Below, piece after piece: positions 61,176-64,000 of a stretch of DNA of 64,000 nucleotides (within the stretch, counting starts at the first letter, position 1; each line of letters starts with the position of its first letter). The stretch is from contig NC_043026.1 of NCBI RefSeq assembly GCF_006345805.1, positions 10,540,001-10,604,000 on the forward strand. Direction: 5' to 3'. The position numbers and the translations under genes are program-made. This DNA is from Octopus sinensis (lineage: Eukaryota). The notes beneath the pieces are model-generated. The model was not told the DNA's origin, ran no database searches, and was given only the letters and a program-made list of their open reading frames with translations.

Positions 61176-62615
61176 ACCTATGTGAGAGCACATATTCTGC
61201 ATGAAGAATTTAAGCCTGCTGGTGTAGTGAATGGGGAAATCTTGGTTTCCAATGTTTGCAGTCGTGTATGCTTGTCAAGAGCAGGGCTCATTAGTCACCA
61301 TTGGAGCTGCAAATGCAAAACATAAGTTAGTCCTAGAGTACAAAATGTTCCTAAAGGTCAGCAATAGTCTTCCTCAGTCACAAGTACATGACCATCATCA
61401 TCATCATGCACGTATGTACATATATACAAGAGAGTGAAAAAAGAAAAGAAAGAGACAGCACATTTAAGAGTTAAATTTTTTATTTAAAAAAACATTACAA
61501 GAACCTAGCTTATCAGGCAAAGGCAACTGAATGCAGAGACTGAGGAAGGTCAAGATGCTTACTGGATATTGAGCTGCTATTGGTTAAGGAGGGTTGTGCA
61601 GCATTGTTGATAACAGTATTGATATATCAGTGAGATAAGATAGAGATCCCAATCTGAAGATTATAGACCATGAGAATGAACAGGATGTTGGTGGCACTGT
61701 ATGGTAGTATGGAGGCAAACACTTAGCAATACCAACTTTGCCTTTCATCCTTTCAGGGTCGATTAAATAAGTACCAGTTACGCACTGGTGTCGATATGAT
61801 CGACTTAATACCTATGTCTGTCCTTGTTTGTCCCCTCTATGTTTAGCCCCTTGTGGGTAGTAAAGAAATAGATAGTGTGTGCGTTCACCTGCTGTATGAA
61901 TGCATATGTGTGTGACCTGATGGCATCAGCTCAACTGTGTATATACGTGTTTGCTAGGGTGGGTATCAACTGTGTGAGTGCACATATGCAGGACTCTGTG
62001 TGTGTGTGTGTGTGTATACATGTGCATTAGTGCCATCTGTGGGCGTGTGTCTATGCATACATGTCTGGGATGCATGAGTTTGTGTGCATACCAATGTCTG
62101 GTGTGTGTGAACATACTCATTTCTGTATTTGTAAGTGTATGTAAGAATGTGTGTATGCACATCTGCATGAAAGTCTCTGTGTGTGTGTGTATGTGTGCTT
62201 GCGTACAGTATTGATATATCAGTGAGATAAGATAGAGATCCCAATCTGAAGATTATAGACCATGCTCTAACATAAGTGTTGACCCCCTCCTTAACCTGCT
62301 CCCTCCATCTGTAGTGATGACAGGCATTGACATATCCTGAATATTAGCAGGACCTTAAAAAATCATCCGATCGTGGCCATTTGCCAGCCTCGCCTTGCAA
62401 ACACATATATACACACTGTGGAGCTGATGCCATCAGGTCACACACATATGCATTCATACAGCAGGTGAACGCACACACTATCTATTTCTTTACTACCCAC
62501 AAGGGGCTAAACATAGAGGGGACAAACAAGGACAGACATAGGTATTAAGTCGATCAAATCGACCCCAGTGCATAACTGGTACTTATTTAATCGACCCCGA
62601 AAGGATGAAAGGCAT
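61090..62615. repeat. Cluster of inverted and direct segmental duplications
   Basis: 61090-61190 is inverted at 62263-62362; 61740-61955 is inverted at 62397-62615; 61605-61670 is repeated directly at 62205-62263. Confidence 0.85.
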
Positions 62616-62874
62616 ATGAGCATTCGTACCCCTAGCAACATGTCCCAACCACACAATCCAAGAAACACAGCTTGAGATATGCATTTGATATCCCTCATAT
62701 TTCAATACTATTATCAACAATACCATGTGACCTGCCTTGACCAATAACATCCTAGTCTCCAGTAACCACTTTGGAATTCCTCTATCTCTGCATTTAATCA
62801 TCTGAGCCTGACAAGCTAGGTTCCTATGATGAGCCTAAAAGACTTCATGGGGCCAAATCAGACCCTTTTTAAAT

Positions 62875-63285
62875 AAAAATAATAATAATCCTTTTTACTA
62901 AAGGCACAAGGCCTGAAATCTGGTGGGAGGGGACTAGTCAATTACATTGACCCCAGTGCATACCTGGCACTTGATTTATTGACTAGAAAAGATAAAGGCA
63001 AAGTCAACCTCAGCAAAATTTGAACTCAGAACATGAAGCCAAACGAAATTCCACCAAGTATTTTAATCAGCATGCTAACGTGTCTGCCATCTTGCCACCC
63101 AAATAATAATAATAATAATCCTTTCTGTTATTAGCATAAGACCTTGGGTTTTGGGGGAGGGAGCCAGTCGATTACATCATCCCTAGTGCATAACTGTTAC
63201 TTACTTCATGGACCCCAAAAGGTAGAAAGGCAAAGTCGACCTCGGTGGAATTTGAACTCAGAACATAAAAATGGATGAAATCCTA
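62875..63285 (-). mobile_element. Two tandem copies of SINE family D (GCCTTTCATCC...GGGGTCGAT...AGTACCAG core)
   Basis: tRNA-like GTTCTGAGTTCAAATT on the minus strand. Related pieces at 36655-36740, 55010-55095 and 61735-61810. Confidence 0.65.
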
Positions 63286-64000
63286 CTGTTTTACCTGGTT
63301 TTTGATCTTAACTGATTGGAAGTGTTATCAATGTACGTAACTTTCAGAAAAATGTATATCTTGCAAAGATGAGATTTTTAAAAATTAAACTTTGGGGAGA
63401 TAAGTTTTTGAGGACTTACATTATGATTATCTTCATAAAGATTTAGGAAAACATTTTTCTAGGGGAGTTTCCAATCTTTCTCAACCTCCACCTCAGTTTT
63501 GCTATCATCAATTTCCATAAATTTGGATTTTCACAATTTTTTAAAAATAATTGTGTGAAATAAAAACACTATGTATTCTATACCTTTGCAAAGATTTTGC
63601 AGAAATTTCATTTAAAAATGTGATCAGTTTTAAAGAGAGCTATGAGGAAACAAAGTCATGGGTGGGGCACTAAACTGTAGTTATGTCCAAAACAGAATTT
63701 ACAAATAAATCAGCCCTTTTACAAAAGTGATTACAAAATTAATTAAACTGAGATAATTACTGTCTTGTGAATCTATTTGATAGACAAAAATCAGCAAACC
63801 TTAAAAACATTGCAGACATTCAGAGATACCTCACATGTAGAATACTTTAAAAAACAATGAGGGAACCAGTGGTTAGTACGACTAATTAAACTGACTTAAT
63901 TACTATTTCTCTGTTGTCCCCATATTTCCAGTATTTCTAATTTTATCACACTGTCGTCTACCTCACAGTTCCAACACTATGTCCCCCTGGCTGGGACTTT

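Noticed and set aside
62583-62801. Possible R4/Dong RT remnant (IPKWLLETRMLLVK)
   Set aside because: Only one weak motif resemblance; too degenerate to call.

Overview
AT-rich, repeat-dense animal DNA, most likely from an octopus or other coleoid cephalopod. That is inferred from the tandem [11 protein letters not shown]...[10 protein letters not shown] zinc-finger arrays with no KRAB/SCAN domain, the microsatellite load and the SINE types. The host genes are three C2H2 zinc-finger genes, each with a single coding exon: ZNF-A (+, 17 fingers), ZNF-B (-, 12) and ZNF-C (+, 12), with B and C head-to-head. All three appear to share one layout: a GCGCATGCG (NRF1-like) motif, a short non-coding exon, an intron, a homologous ~350-nt leader, the finger array, then decayed fingers after the stop. 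The rest is transposon-derived. It includes a near-complete 6.2-kb Helitron (RepHel with three lesions and 23-aa STPR-like repeats) and a 2.85-kb hAT with TIRs, a TSD and a nested piggyBac MITE. There are also CR1, L1/Tx1, RTE and R4/Dong-type LINE fragments, an LTR with a primer-binding site, several SINE families and MITEs. Less obvious items: two minimal hammerhead-ribozyme folds in Penelope-like remnants, two long near-perfect hairpins, a variant telomere-like array beside an orphan ORF, a 52-bp intronic minisatellite, and a templated-insertion scar. Everything was read by eye. Repeat boundaries are approximate unless a TIR or TSD is quoted, and no database searches were run.
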